DNA from: Octopus sinensis
Lineage: Eukaryota
DNA: 17,029 nt
Direction: 5' to 3'
Assembly (NCBI RefSeq): GCF_006345805.1
Contig: NW_021824993.1
Location: forward strand, 1 to 17,029
The notes beneath the pieces were generated by a model. That model did no database searches. It was not told where the DNA came from and saw only the letters and a program-made list of their open reading frames with translations. Shown here one piece after another: positions 1 through 10,800 of the stretch. Both the position numbers and the translations under genes were made by a program. Every line of letters starts with the position of its first letter. The stretch's first letter is position 1.

Positions 1-1430
1 AGTCCATCATTATACTCTGTCATTTATAATTTGACAAATTCAACCTCTCTTCTCTGGGCAACATATTTTCATTTTGATGCTTTTAAAATATGAAAATTAC
101 TTTGACAGTCATTGACCAGAACAAGATGAAGATCTCAGTCAGTAAAGGAATTTGTCTGGGGTCATCAAAGTTTGAAGTTACTCTTTTTAGTTTTATAAAG
201 TCACTAAAAGTCTTACGTTTTCTCAATTTATAGAAAAGTAACACTTTTATAAATGAGTTTATTGTTACGCATTAAATGTTAAACTAAATTTGCTCCAGCT
301 GGTCTATATAAACAGTAACCTATAGCTTTGAACAGCCTTATTATTTTGTTGTGTATTTACATGGCATATAATGTGTGAATAGAATTTCTCCCCCAGTTAT
401 CCAAGCAAAAAATCAGAAACTTATGTTATCAATTTATTTAGAATAATTTTGTACAAAGTTTGATACAAAATAATTTTGTTGTGTCTGGGGAGAGTCATTC
501 TCTTTTAGTGCCTTATTATTTAACACACTCACCGGTAAAATTTCGTTTTGCTTTAATAGTAATTATCAATTTCTGAATAAAGTTTCTTTTTATCTAATTA
601 AAATATCTTGATTATTTAATTTGAAAACAATCAGGTTGTTCACTTCTATCACAAAAGAATCCAATAAAAAGTGGAAAATACTTATGAATCTTCCTTTCCA
701 ATTCCACAAAAGTCTGCTCGGTAGAGCTTCCTGTCACATCTTATAATGTACATAAAGGTCTCATGTGTGTTACTTATTTAATCTTGGTCTCTGCTGTAAG
801 AACTTGAAATCTAATTTCAAATTAAAATAACAGTGGAGTAATATGAAGGTAAATATTGTAAGGAAGAATTGTACTCTTCCTTTATCTGAAGTTATTCAAA
901 AAGAGGGCGACACTGTGGCTTTTCCACAATCACATGCAATTAAAACAACAAATGTTGTGTCAGGATTTTTCAGCACAGCTATTGTTTAATTATAATTTTT
1001 TTGATTTATTTTCATATGTATAATAGTGAAGTTTTATTTTTACTGACGAAAATTTCAGTAATTAGTAAATAACGAAGGTCATAAAGTAAGAATATAAAAT
1101 TAAAATATAGTATATTGCACTCAAAACCCCCTGAATTTTTATTCAACCACCACCACTTTGGAGAGGCCTGTCTTAAACCACAACAGGACAAAGTGAGATA
1201 TATCCTTAGATACATCATGTATTATATAGAAATACTATCTCTATAGGATATATAAAGGGAAAGGCATCAATATATATATACCAGGCATTCTACTCTCAGC
1301 TAAAAATGAAGGTAGATAACTATCAATATAGCAGAAGATATTAAAGCTGTCTATATAACAATGGGGTTGCTTAGGGGGGGGGTTAGATACAACAACAGCA
1401 ACAACGTAAATGAACATTTCAAAGTTTGTC

Positions 1431-1436
1431 TTTATT
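1431..1436 (-). promoter_or_regulatory. Candidate polyadenylation signal AATAAA
   Basis: tttatt on the plus strand about 245 nt past the death-domain stop codon. The hexamer is common in AT-rich DNA. Confidence 0.3.
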
Positions 1437-1579
1437 TTAAATGTGAATTTTTAACAAAGGAGCCAAACCAGTGAAGGGATCACTACGTGGTTGATATACC
1501 TGCTAGAATTAGCAGCTAAATTCACACGATACCACTGTACAGAAGAGCATATTGGACAATGTGGTTGTGGGTTCTCTTT

Positions 1580-1666
1580 GGAAATAGGCATGATGGTCCT
1601 GGCTGGAATGGGTTTGATCATAAGTCTCTGTTTGGTCAAGGTTAATCTGAGGCTAAACAACAACAG
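1580..1666 (+). repeat. Probable retroposon 3' end with (AAC)n tail inside the putative 3' UTR
   Basis: GC-richer segment ending ...ggtcaaggttaatctgaggctaaacaacaac. It resembles a cephalopod interspersed-repeat tail from memory; unverified. Confidence 0.35.
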
Positions 1667-1678
1667 TTACACAGAAAT

Positions 1679-1878
1679 TCACTTTGCGTCTAATGACAGA
1701 CATTCCATCGCAGCGAAACATTCAGCTTCTTCGAGAGCTGCACTTAATGTTGCGTGTGTCCGTGTTTCTGGGTCGCAATTTTTGAACCATTCCTTAAGCA
1801 TCAGGTAGCCTTGTTTTACAGTGTCAATAGACTCATCATCAATTTTCAGTTCAGTTGTATCAACTCCTAAAAATATCG
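1679..1878 (-). CDS. Terminal coding exon: death domain, second part
   Basis: Acceptor gttgtgtcttttgcAG (1879-1894), TGA at 1679-1681. Translation IFLGV...QGYLMLKEW...THATLSAALEEAEC...AMECL fits the death-fold pattern LG...Y.ML..W...T...L..AL. The 5' part of ORF 1679..1891 in the track (MSFA) is intronic. Confidence 0.9.
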
Positions 1879-4800
1879 CTGCAAAAGACACAACAATAAG
1901 AAATAAATAACATAAAACGCTGTGTACTGTAGGTTGTTATGAATATAACAAACAAACTTTATCAATAGAGAAATAAAAAAAGAAATAGCTAAGAAACATG
2001 AAAAATATAAGACATTGTTTTCTATAGACAAAAATAACAAAGAGTTTGAATTAAACGAGATTTTTAAAGAAAATTAATTGAAAATTATACTTGAGAAAAT
2101 ATATGGTAAACGAGGGCAGGAAAACTTTTGTGAAGGCAAAAGTATATCAGAACCTCAAGAATTAACATTGACCTCCAACAGTGAAAGCATATGATCCATC
2201 CATTTCCTCTGCTCAATATTCTTGAGGGCTGTGGGGAAAGAGTCCTCAGGCACCTCCTCCATAGGGTCCTGTCAGAAGCATCCATCATTAGACATTCTGC
2301 TTGTATTCTATGATGTGAAGAACTAAGACTATGGATATCATCCAACCATTTCTTTCTTGGCCTCCCCCTCGGTATCCTGTTCCATTGGTTTGACTTTGAG
2401 AACCTGTCCTGTAATTCATTCCTGCAACACCCTGATCACATGTCCGAGGTACCACAGATGTGGAGGAGATGTGGTTCAACCTGGAGAGACTCCCAGATCT
2501 CTGAACTGTAAATCCTATTGAGTAACATTACTCCAAAGACCCTTTAGAAGAATCCCATATACCTGTCTTATTCTGGTAGATTTCAGACCTGGTATTCAAA
2601 AGGGTCATAAAAGCACTGTCCCTCTGTGCCATCTACTACCTTACAAAGTTCCCAAGAGGACACTGGAAATCGAATGATCAGTGATTGTCCAACAGTCGAT
2701 AATTCTAAGTCAAATTCAATCCCATTTCAAACTTCTCCAATGAACTCCAGGTTCGATCAATTCTACAGAGCCTATTCAGTTATTATTATGTCAGTCTCAA
2801 TGAGAGATGCCACCTCCAGTTCGGCTTGACTTGTGAATGTTCATTTTCTGGTAAATTCCCTTAAAGGAATTCTCTGTTTTCGCCTGAGGAGAATGATAGG
2901 ATTTCGCTGTGTCACCTTTATTAAATCTCTTTTTATTGAAGCATTTACAGACATATGTCATGTGGTAAAGTCATTGCAAAATGGCAAAATAAATTGGAAT
3001 TATCAGCTTCCAACACAATAACCCAATAAATAATCTGTTTGAAGAAAGATGCTTTGTTTTAGATGTTAACTTTGGTACTTGTCCTTCATTACAATAACCT
3101 AACAGTGAACCTAAAGAAAATGTGAAACAAATTCACTCACCTGTTTACCCTTAAACAATATATTTTAGTTCCTTCTTCCAAAAGATAATATTAAACGCCA
3201 TTTGTGTTTTCTAGTTTATCCATTATTACCAACCATGCTAACCTCAGTGGATATTTATGAAATATCAGGAATATCGTAAATAAAATTGTCATACAGATAA
3301 CCTATCAATTGGAAATGAGGAATGTAACTTGTTCTCATTCATTCTGACAAATAAAATAGATCAGGTGAAAGTAAAATATATAGAAATCAAATATACTCAC
3401 CTATTTGCCACCAATCACGTCCTAACCTCTTAGCCACTCTCAGAAGATCTTTCTCCTTCAGAACTGGACTCTCTGAAATAAATATTTCCAGCTTTTATAA
3501 TTGATTGTAAAACTTATTTATCTCTATAAATATTCTGTAGTTTATTGTTGTGGGACATTGTTATCATCAGTTGGTTGGCTGGTAACCACTAGGGTTTTGC
3601 TCAGTATTTTTATACTTTCCATTGTGGGACCAGGTAATAGCTCAATATTTAGGCCCGCAACAAAATAGACTAACTTTCCGAAACCTTGTTTCTCTTTAAC
3701 AGAGACATCCTACATAATCTAACAATGTTGCAATTATTTCATTCAATTATCATTTCATAGTTCTCTCTCTCCTTTCATATATCTGTACCAAATCTATGAC
3801 ATGTGACTGTCCTCTGAACTCTACACTTCACTAACCACCATTCTCCTCATCTTCTGCTAAAGTCCAATATCATCCAATGTGGTCTCCAAAGATCTCGTCA
3901 GAATTGCATGACACACCACTTCAAGTAAAATAAACGTAATACCTGTTCTCTTTGCTGTTGGAAATCTTGAATTTTATCATCCCACATCCCAGTTCACCTG
4001 GTCATTATCTGGTGCAGGGAATATTTTAAGACTCCTTAATACAGGTGAGCAATGATCAGTTCTCCAAAGATGACACAAAAAGTGATATCAGGTGTCCTAA
4101 AACAATGTACACTTGCACAAAACCCCATTCACTACATACAACTGGACATCTACACATTATTGCAGTGAAGACATCTGAAATGGTACAAAAGGACTGATAC
4201 TCAAAATATAAGAAAGACGGGAATACAAAGTGCGAGCTCCAAATCTTTTATTTTCCAGAATGTTTGGCATATTGTTTCTTTTAACCATCTTCGTTCTGTG
4301 ACTTGATCTCAATGCCTTTACTCTTATTGCAAAATTAGGTAGTGTACCATCGTCGTAATAGTTTTTCAAGTTTCCCTTTAAACTTCATCAGGGTTTCTCC
4401 TGCTATTTTGACCTTCACTTGTTTCTGCTGACCTTTCAGAAATGACTGGCTTCATTACTCATTTGCATTGAACCACATTCTTCACCAAGTTCCTCAGTCT
4501 ACCCAGTTAATCCAGAACTATTTGCATATCCTTTTATTTGTTGTTACTATTGTTATGTAATCCATTAATGTCTTCTCCAGTGTTTTCCTTTGAGCCATTT
4601 CTTATCAATCTGCTGATTTAAGTAACATCTCCATAACAATCACAAACCAAATGACTGATTTTGTAGAAACTACAGCAATTCCCGCTTCAAAATGATACCA
4701 GTCTATCGAGAAAGTTTTCCTCAAGAACTGCATATTGAAATTGTTATAGCAGCTCCTCATCAGATCCTTAATCTTTTCTCATATATAAAACAGGTCCACT

Positions 4801-7800
4801 GCTTCCATCAACAATTTGTTTGCTAGAGAACCATAAACCAGATCAAATCTCACAACATTCAATCCCTTTTAATCTTCTTTCCGTCTTGTATCACATCCTA
4901 GATTTAAGACACATGTTCCACACAGCCAGGAATGCCAGAGGATTCCAGTCTTCGAGATACTTTTAGTCCCATATTCTTTATTCTGTAGATTTACAGTTGA
5001 TCTCTTTGTGAATACAACCTTATAAATCTTGCCATTTATATTCAAGGTTGAAATTAGTCTGAACTAATCAATCGGTATTTGATTGCTGGTTTCAATGGAC
5101 ATTTCAAACTGTCTATGAATGGGAATCATTGCTTTTGCTTTGGATCTCCTGCATATATCCATCCAGTTCATCTTTATTGTATTTTAGCTTTCTGTTCTCA
5201 GTATCTGCAAACAGAATTTCCTTGTAGAAGTTAAAGAGGAGCGTTTAATTTTGTTGACGACATGATCATTTTTCTAGGGCTTTTGGAGCAAAATGTGCCC
5301 AAGGCCCTTTTTAAAGTGGTTGATGTTAGGAAAGGCACATCACCATAGAAAAGCCGGAATGTGTTCCTCATCCAATCAAGGCGGACAGTATTTGTTAATA
5401 AGAACTGACATGGATAGGAATCATCCATCCAATCGATAGGAGCATAGACATCAGATGATAAATGATGAGGGTCATCAGTGTCTATCTTGGAGAGAGAGGG
5501 AGAGAGAGAACGGTTGTCTCAGCATCAAACCTAATGCTTTTACATGGATAAAGACAATGTTTAGGGGATGTAATGATAAATTTATTATCAGTGAGAACAA
5601 AAGGCAGGGTGTTCACATACGGAACACATTTCATTGTAAATCTGTCACATTATGAGAGATATTTGCCTAAATAGCAACAACAGCAATAACCTATCAGTAA
5701 ACTTTGTAACTACATATCTTAGTCCTCCGTTTCAAAATACAGTATTAATTCTATTGTCTTCTAAATTATCCATTTACCGAACCATGCCAACCCGTTGACT
5801 ATTTGTGAAATTCCATTGATATCAAAATGTCTAATAGAATTATTATACAGCTAATATTTCAGATGTAAATTAGGAATGGATCTTGTCCTCAGTCATTCTG
5901 ATAAACTACAAATGCTCAGGTGAAGGTTAAATTTATAGAAATCCATGAGGTACTGTTATTTGCTTCTCACCAACTGGCTGTGATGTTGTCAAGGCATCCT
6001 TCACAGAAGTTGGAGTCTTTGAAATGAATATTTTCAAGTTTTACGTTTTATAGTATAATTTCATTATAGTTATTGATAATCAACACTTTATATTGTGGGA
6101 AGGGCATACAGCTGTAAAAACTAGTTCGTAGGGATGTGGTTGTGTACCCATGTAAAAGTTATGTTAACTTTGAGGGTAACAAGGTGTAAAATATCAGATG
6201 AGGGTACAAGATAATGCTATGAAACTTCCAGACAGACAAGTTTAAGAGAGTTAATGAATGATAGCTGATTAATTATCATGTTAATGCGGCGTTTAAACAC
6301 TAACTATCAATATAGATTGTATAAAATCTGTGTGAAGAACATGTGACATTTGTTACAATTAATATGGTTGTGTCTCAGCACAGTTGATATTATGGTAGTT
6401 CCATGAGAAACCATAGAAAAATGTAACCATTTCCAGTACCGAATACTAATGATGAATTCTTTTCTTGGTCAAATAACAATGACCAGGTTCCATGATCTAA
6501 TTTCAACAGAACAATCAAGTCGGAAGTAAAACCAAAATGTGGAAGACTGAAAACAGTGACTCTCTTACAATTGAAACCATCTCAAAGCCAACAATTGTCA
6601 GTATAACGATGTCTATATATGGACAGTAAACGTTATTCAAACATCGTAACAAGCGATAATTATATATATATAGTTAGAAAAGAGTTGTGAGTTCAAGTCA
6701 CACTGGAATCTCATACGTTCATTCCTTTCCATGTATTGCATATGTTAGCATCAATGTTTTGTTCAAATGTGAACATATGTTCTCTGTTCAATATGAATGT
6801 TATCAAAATCACTGAATCGGTTCCACAATCGATATTATTATACTGAGCTAATATTTATACCAGACAGGAAACTACTGTAACAATCTAAGACAAAGAATTA
6901 TGATGAGTTACTGGAAGACAGCATCTCATCATCATCATCATCAACATTCCAAGTTTTGTTTCCATGCTGGAATGGGTTGGAAATCTTGACAGGATCTGAC
7001 AAGCCAGACAACTGCACCAGGCCCCAGATGGTTTCTTTGGCATGGTTTTCTACGGTAGGATGTTCTTATTGATGCCAACCACCCACAGAGTGTACGTGGC
7101 CCCTTTTGTAAAGCACAAGTACTGGCATATTTAGCCAAAAGACATGTAAGACAAAGACCCCACAGCCGGGAGAGGGGTATTGCAAATTTCTCTCCCCGCA
7201 TCCTGATTCTTTTGTCATCACATTCCCTTCTCACCTCCTGAAAATGTCATCAGCTTCAGTGAACCAAACATCATAGAGTAGTGAGGACCGTCTAATTATA
7301 TAGAATGTAGCACAACTTGATTACTACTTGTGCTATAATTAAATGCTCCCAGAACACACTAGGAAGTGGTTGTTGGAAACTAGGAAAGATGACACCACAA
7401 GTTTGAAAGGAACGTTTGATATTGTTGGGAAATTGATGATCATTTCTAATGCTTGTGCGACAATAAAATATACCCACGACCCTTTATAAAGTGGTTGGGG
7501 TTAGAAAGGGTCTACCACCTTAGAAAAGCTGCAATGTTTAAGTGAGATGTTTTCCTCAACAAATGACGGTTGGCAGTAATTTCAGATACAACTGACTTGG
7601 ACAGTGATGACCCACCTAGTGTATGGGAGCATGGAGAGCAGATGAGAAAAGATGAAGATGATATCATTTATTGTATTGAAACTTTTAACCCAGCATCTTT
7701 CTTGAAAAGACGGAGAGAAGAGCATGAATGAGAGAGAGAGAATCAATGAGTACAATGAGATGACAAACAGGGCGAATATTCTCCTTAACGGGAGAGAACC

Positions 7801-10800
7801 GTTTCAGGGTTTATATTTAATTTTTGAATCTTTCTTTCTGCGAGTGAATGAGTAACTGATGTTTGCATAAAGTACATTTATTGGATATTCGTGTTGTTGT
7901 AGAACAACAGAATTTCTTTATAGCTAAGCATTCAAATGAAATATAACATTGGAACCTGTTCTATTGACCAAAATGGCTCAGTAAAAGCTAAAATTTATAG
8001 AAATCAATTATGTAATGTCATTCTATACTCAGCACGTGGCTCTTCTACTGTCTGGACCTCTTTGTCTTCAAATATTGGCCTTGCTGAAATAAATACTTCC
8101 AAGATTATACTTTATAGTAAAATTTCTTTAATGATCATCGATATTTTATAATTGTGAAATATTCCTATAACCAATAGTCAAGATTAACCGTCCCAAATGC
8201 CCCCACTCTGTAGGTAACGAAGGGCTTCTCCCTAAGAGTAGAAAGCAGATTGTATGAGACTTGTGTACGGACAGATGTACAACACAATAATGAAAGATAG
8301 GCTGTGAAGATAGAAGACATGCAAAGGGTTGGAGACAAATGAAGCCAGCATGCTCCACTGGATGTACAACATCGGTGTTCAGGTAAGTCACAGTGGAAAT
8401 GTCTTAAGAGCAAATCTGGGTATAAGAGTCATCCGATGTAGAGTTCAAAAGAGAGATCTTTCATAGTATGGTTATGTGATGCATATGGATGAGGTGATCA
8501 GCATAAAGAGATGCGGATCTCTAAACGTGGAGAGAAGCTGAGGAAGAGGAAGACTGAGAAAGACATGGGACAAAGTGGTGAGAAATGATGTTCAGATGCT
8601 GGGCTTCACACGGGAAGATAACTAAAACAACTGAGACAATCAGCAATTTTCTGTGCTTGAAAAGACCCAACTGGCTAAGTAACATCGAGGCCATCAAGGC
8701 ATGTCCTTTATGTGCATACCTTCCACCCCGCACACAATCTGTCCCCTAGGAAACATCTCCACAAGCTAAATTCCATACACCCTTCCCCAACATGATCCCT
8801 AACAAGATATAAAATGTAAGGTGAGGGTACACGATGCTCCTATGACAAAATAAGTTTACATTTCAGACATACAAATGTAAGAGAGTTAATGAATTATAGC
8901 TTATTAATTATCATGATAATTGGGTATATATGTGATACAATGGCACTGTGCTTGACGGTGCAATACTAGATATCAATATAGATTGTATATAATCTGAGTA
9001 AAGAACATATAGCCTTCATTACAATGAATATGATTGTGTCTCAGCACAGCTAATATTATGGTAGTTCCATGAGCAAAGGAAGAAAGATATAACCAAGTCC
9101 ACTGCCAAATACTAATGATTAATTCATTTCCTGGTCAAATAACAATGACTATCTTTCATTAAATAATTTGAACGCAACGATGTCAGTGTGCACACAAGGC
9201 AGAGTGAAGAGGCCTGAGAGAAGTGGTTGACATAAGAAGCATCAGATGTGGTGTACAAGAGAGACAACTGCACTGTATGGTTTTGGGTATGGATGAGGAG
9301 AATTGTGGGAGAAGTGTTGCACCCTAACAGTGGAAGGAACGCGTGGAAAGAGTGACCCAGAAGACAGGGCATGACGTGGTGAAACGACCTTCGAACGTTG
9401 GGCCTCACAGAGGTAATGGCAAGAGACAGAGACCTCTGGAAATATGATGTGATTAAAGGACCCGGCAAGTGAAGTGAGATCACAGCTGTAGCCTTACCAG
9501 TGTTGCATAACCACCCCTTTTAAAAGTACCTTGAATCACAGAGTGATAAGTTGCGCTTGAGAAGAATTTCTGAGTCAAGTAAACCAAAAACCAGAAATCA
9601 CAAATCAAAATCAAATCAAGATCGAAATCAAAATGCAAATTGTAATTATGGCCAATGCCAGTGCCGCCTGGCTGGCACCCGTGCCGGTGGCACATAATAA
9701 GTACCATTCAAACATTGTTTGTTGCCAGTGCCGCCTGACTGGTTCCCTGTGCCGTTGGCACATAAAAAACACCATCCGAACGTGGTTAATGCCAGCCCCA
9801 AATTCAACTGGCTCCTGTGTCGGTGGCACGTAAAAAGCACCCACCACACTCTCGGAGTGGTTGGCGTTAGGAATGGCATACATATGTGGAAACCTTGCCA
9901 GATCACATTGCAGCCTGACGCAGCCTACTGCCTTGCCAGTGAAATCGTCCGACCCATGCCACCATAAGAAACGGATGTTAAATGATGATGATGATGATGA
10001 TGATGAGTTCTGTGACCAAATGACAAAATTAACTCTATTGTGTCTTCTAATTTGAACATTATTACCAACAGCATTAATCTCAATGGGTATTTCATAAACT
10101 CACAGTAAATCGATATCTTTAATTCAATTATTATACAGATAATCGTTCAATTGGAAAATAGGAATGGAAGCTGTTTTCAGTTATTCTTTCAAGCACAATA
10201 TACTCGGGGGAAGAAAACCTTACAGAAATCAATTGGGAACTATTATTTTATACTCACCAATTGCCTGAGATGCAGCCCCTAATTCCTGACATGTAGCCTC
10301 TTTTTTTACACACCTGTCTTCAGACTTTGGAGCCCCTGAAATAAATATTTCCAAGTTTTACATTTGATATTAAAATGTCTGTATCTTTATTTTTATTAAA
10401 CTCTATCTTGTTATAGTGAGTCATTCAATTGGTGACCTTACTGGTCAAATGTTGACCATTATGGTTTTGGTCAATATTTCTGTACTCTCTACAGTGGTCC
10501 CATGTAATAGCCCAATGTTTCCACAATAAAACAGACTAACATTCCTAAATCCACCCTCTCCCTCTCTCTCTCTCTCTCTAGAAACACATTAAATATTCTA
10601 ACAATGTTGCAATTATCTCATTTAATTAACACTTGATAAGAGTTTCCTCTTAGCTTTGTCTTTCTTTTCTTATAACTGTGCCAAATCTATGGCATGGCAC
10701 AGTCCTCTCATCTCTAGAATTCACTAATCAACATTCCTCTCTAATTAAGTAAAACTAAGCCCATAAAGACATGTTCTTTATGTGCATACCCTCCACCCCG

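Larger units (their letters stand above)
3100..8150. repeat. Three older, diverged copies of the same intron+exon unit (around the death-domain exon, P1 and P2)
   Basis: 3160-3400 aligns with 5730-5970, 7905-8030 and 10005-10257. 3480-3850 aligns with 10340-10740. 6160-6800 aligns with 10870-11520. Confidence 0.8.

Noticed and set aside
1-1430. Additional exons or a neighbouring gene in the left flank (e.g. a short open stretch at about 600-745 on the minus strand, ORF 1012-1218)
   Set aside because: Very AT-rich, with no convincing splice-site pair or recognisable protein motif; treated as 3' flank or intergenic.
1491-1808. 105-aa plus-strand ORF
   Set aside because: Partly the antisense shadow of the death-domain exon and partly its 3' UTR repeat; non-ATG start and no recognisable domain.
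3943-5204. Possible 1262-nt coding exon bounded by AG/GT
   Set aside because: Multiple stops in all frames, length not frame-preserving, and the content is a decayed retrotransposon RT.
7168-7197. Small GGGAGAG...CTCTCCC hairpin
   Set aside because: A 7-bp stem seen in one copy only; expected by chance and not linked to any feature.
7235-7237. Possible 3-nt microexon (ttttcAG|GAG|GTGAG on the minus strand)
   Set aside because: Frame-neutral and tempting, but the pyrimidine tract is short, there is no counterpart in any paralogous unit, and such a match can arise by chance. Junction reads would be needed.
9124-9483. 119-aa minus-strand ORF, and 8146-8413, 13830-14036
   Set aside because: Antisense frames of RTE ORF2 C-terminal remnants.
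9656-9850. CRISPR-like or coding interpretation of the 67-nt repeats and the overlapping ORFs (9611-10055, 12227-12445, 14148-14396, 16734-16964)
   Set aside because: Eukaryotic context, no unique spacers and no cas genes. The ORFs occur on both strands of a GC-rich retroelement UTR.
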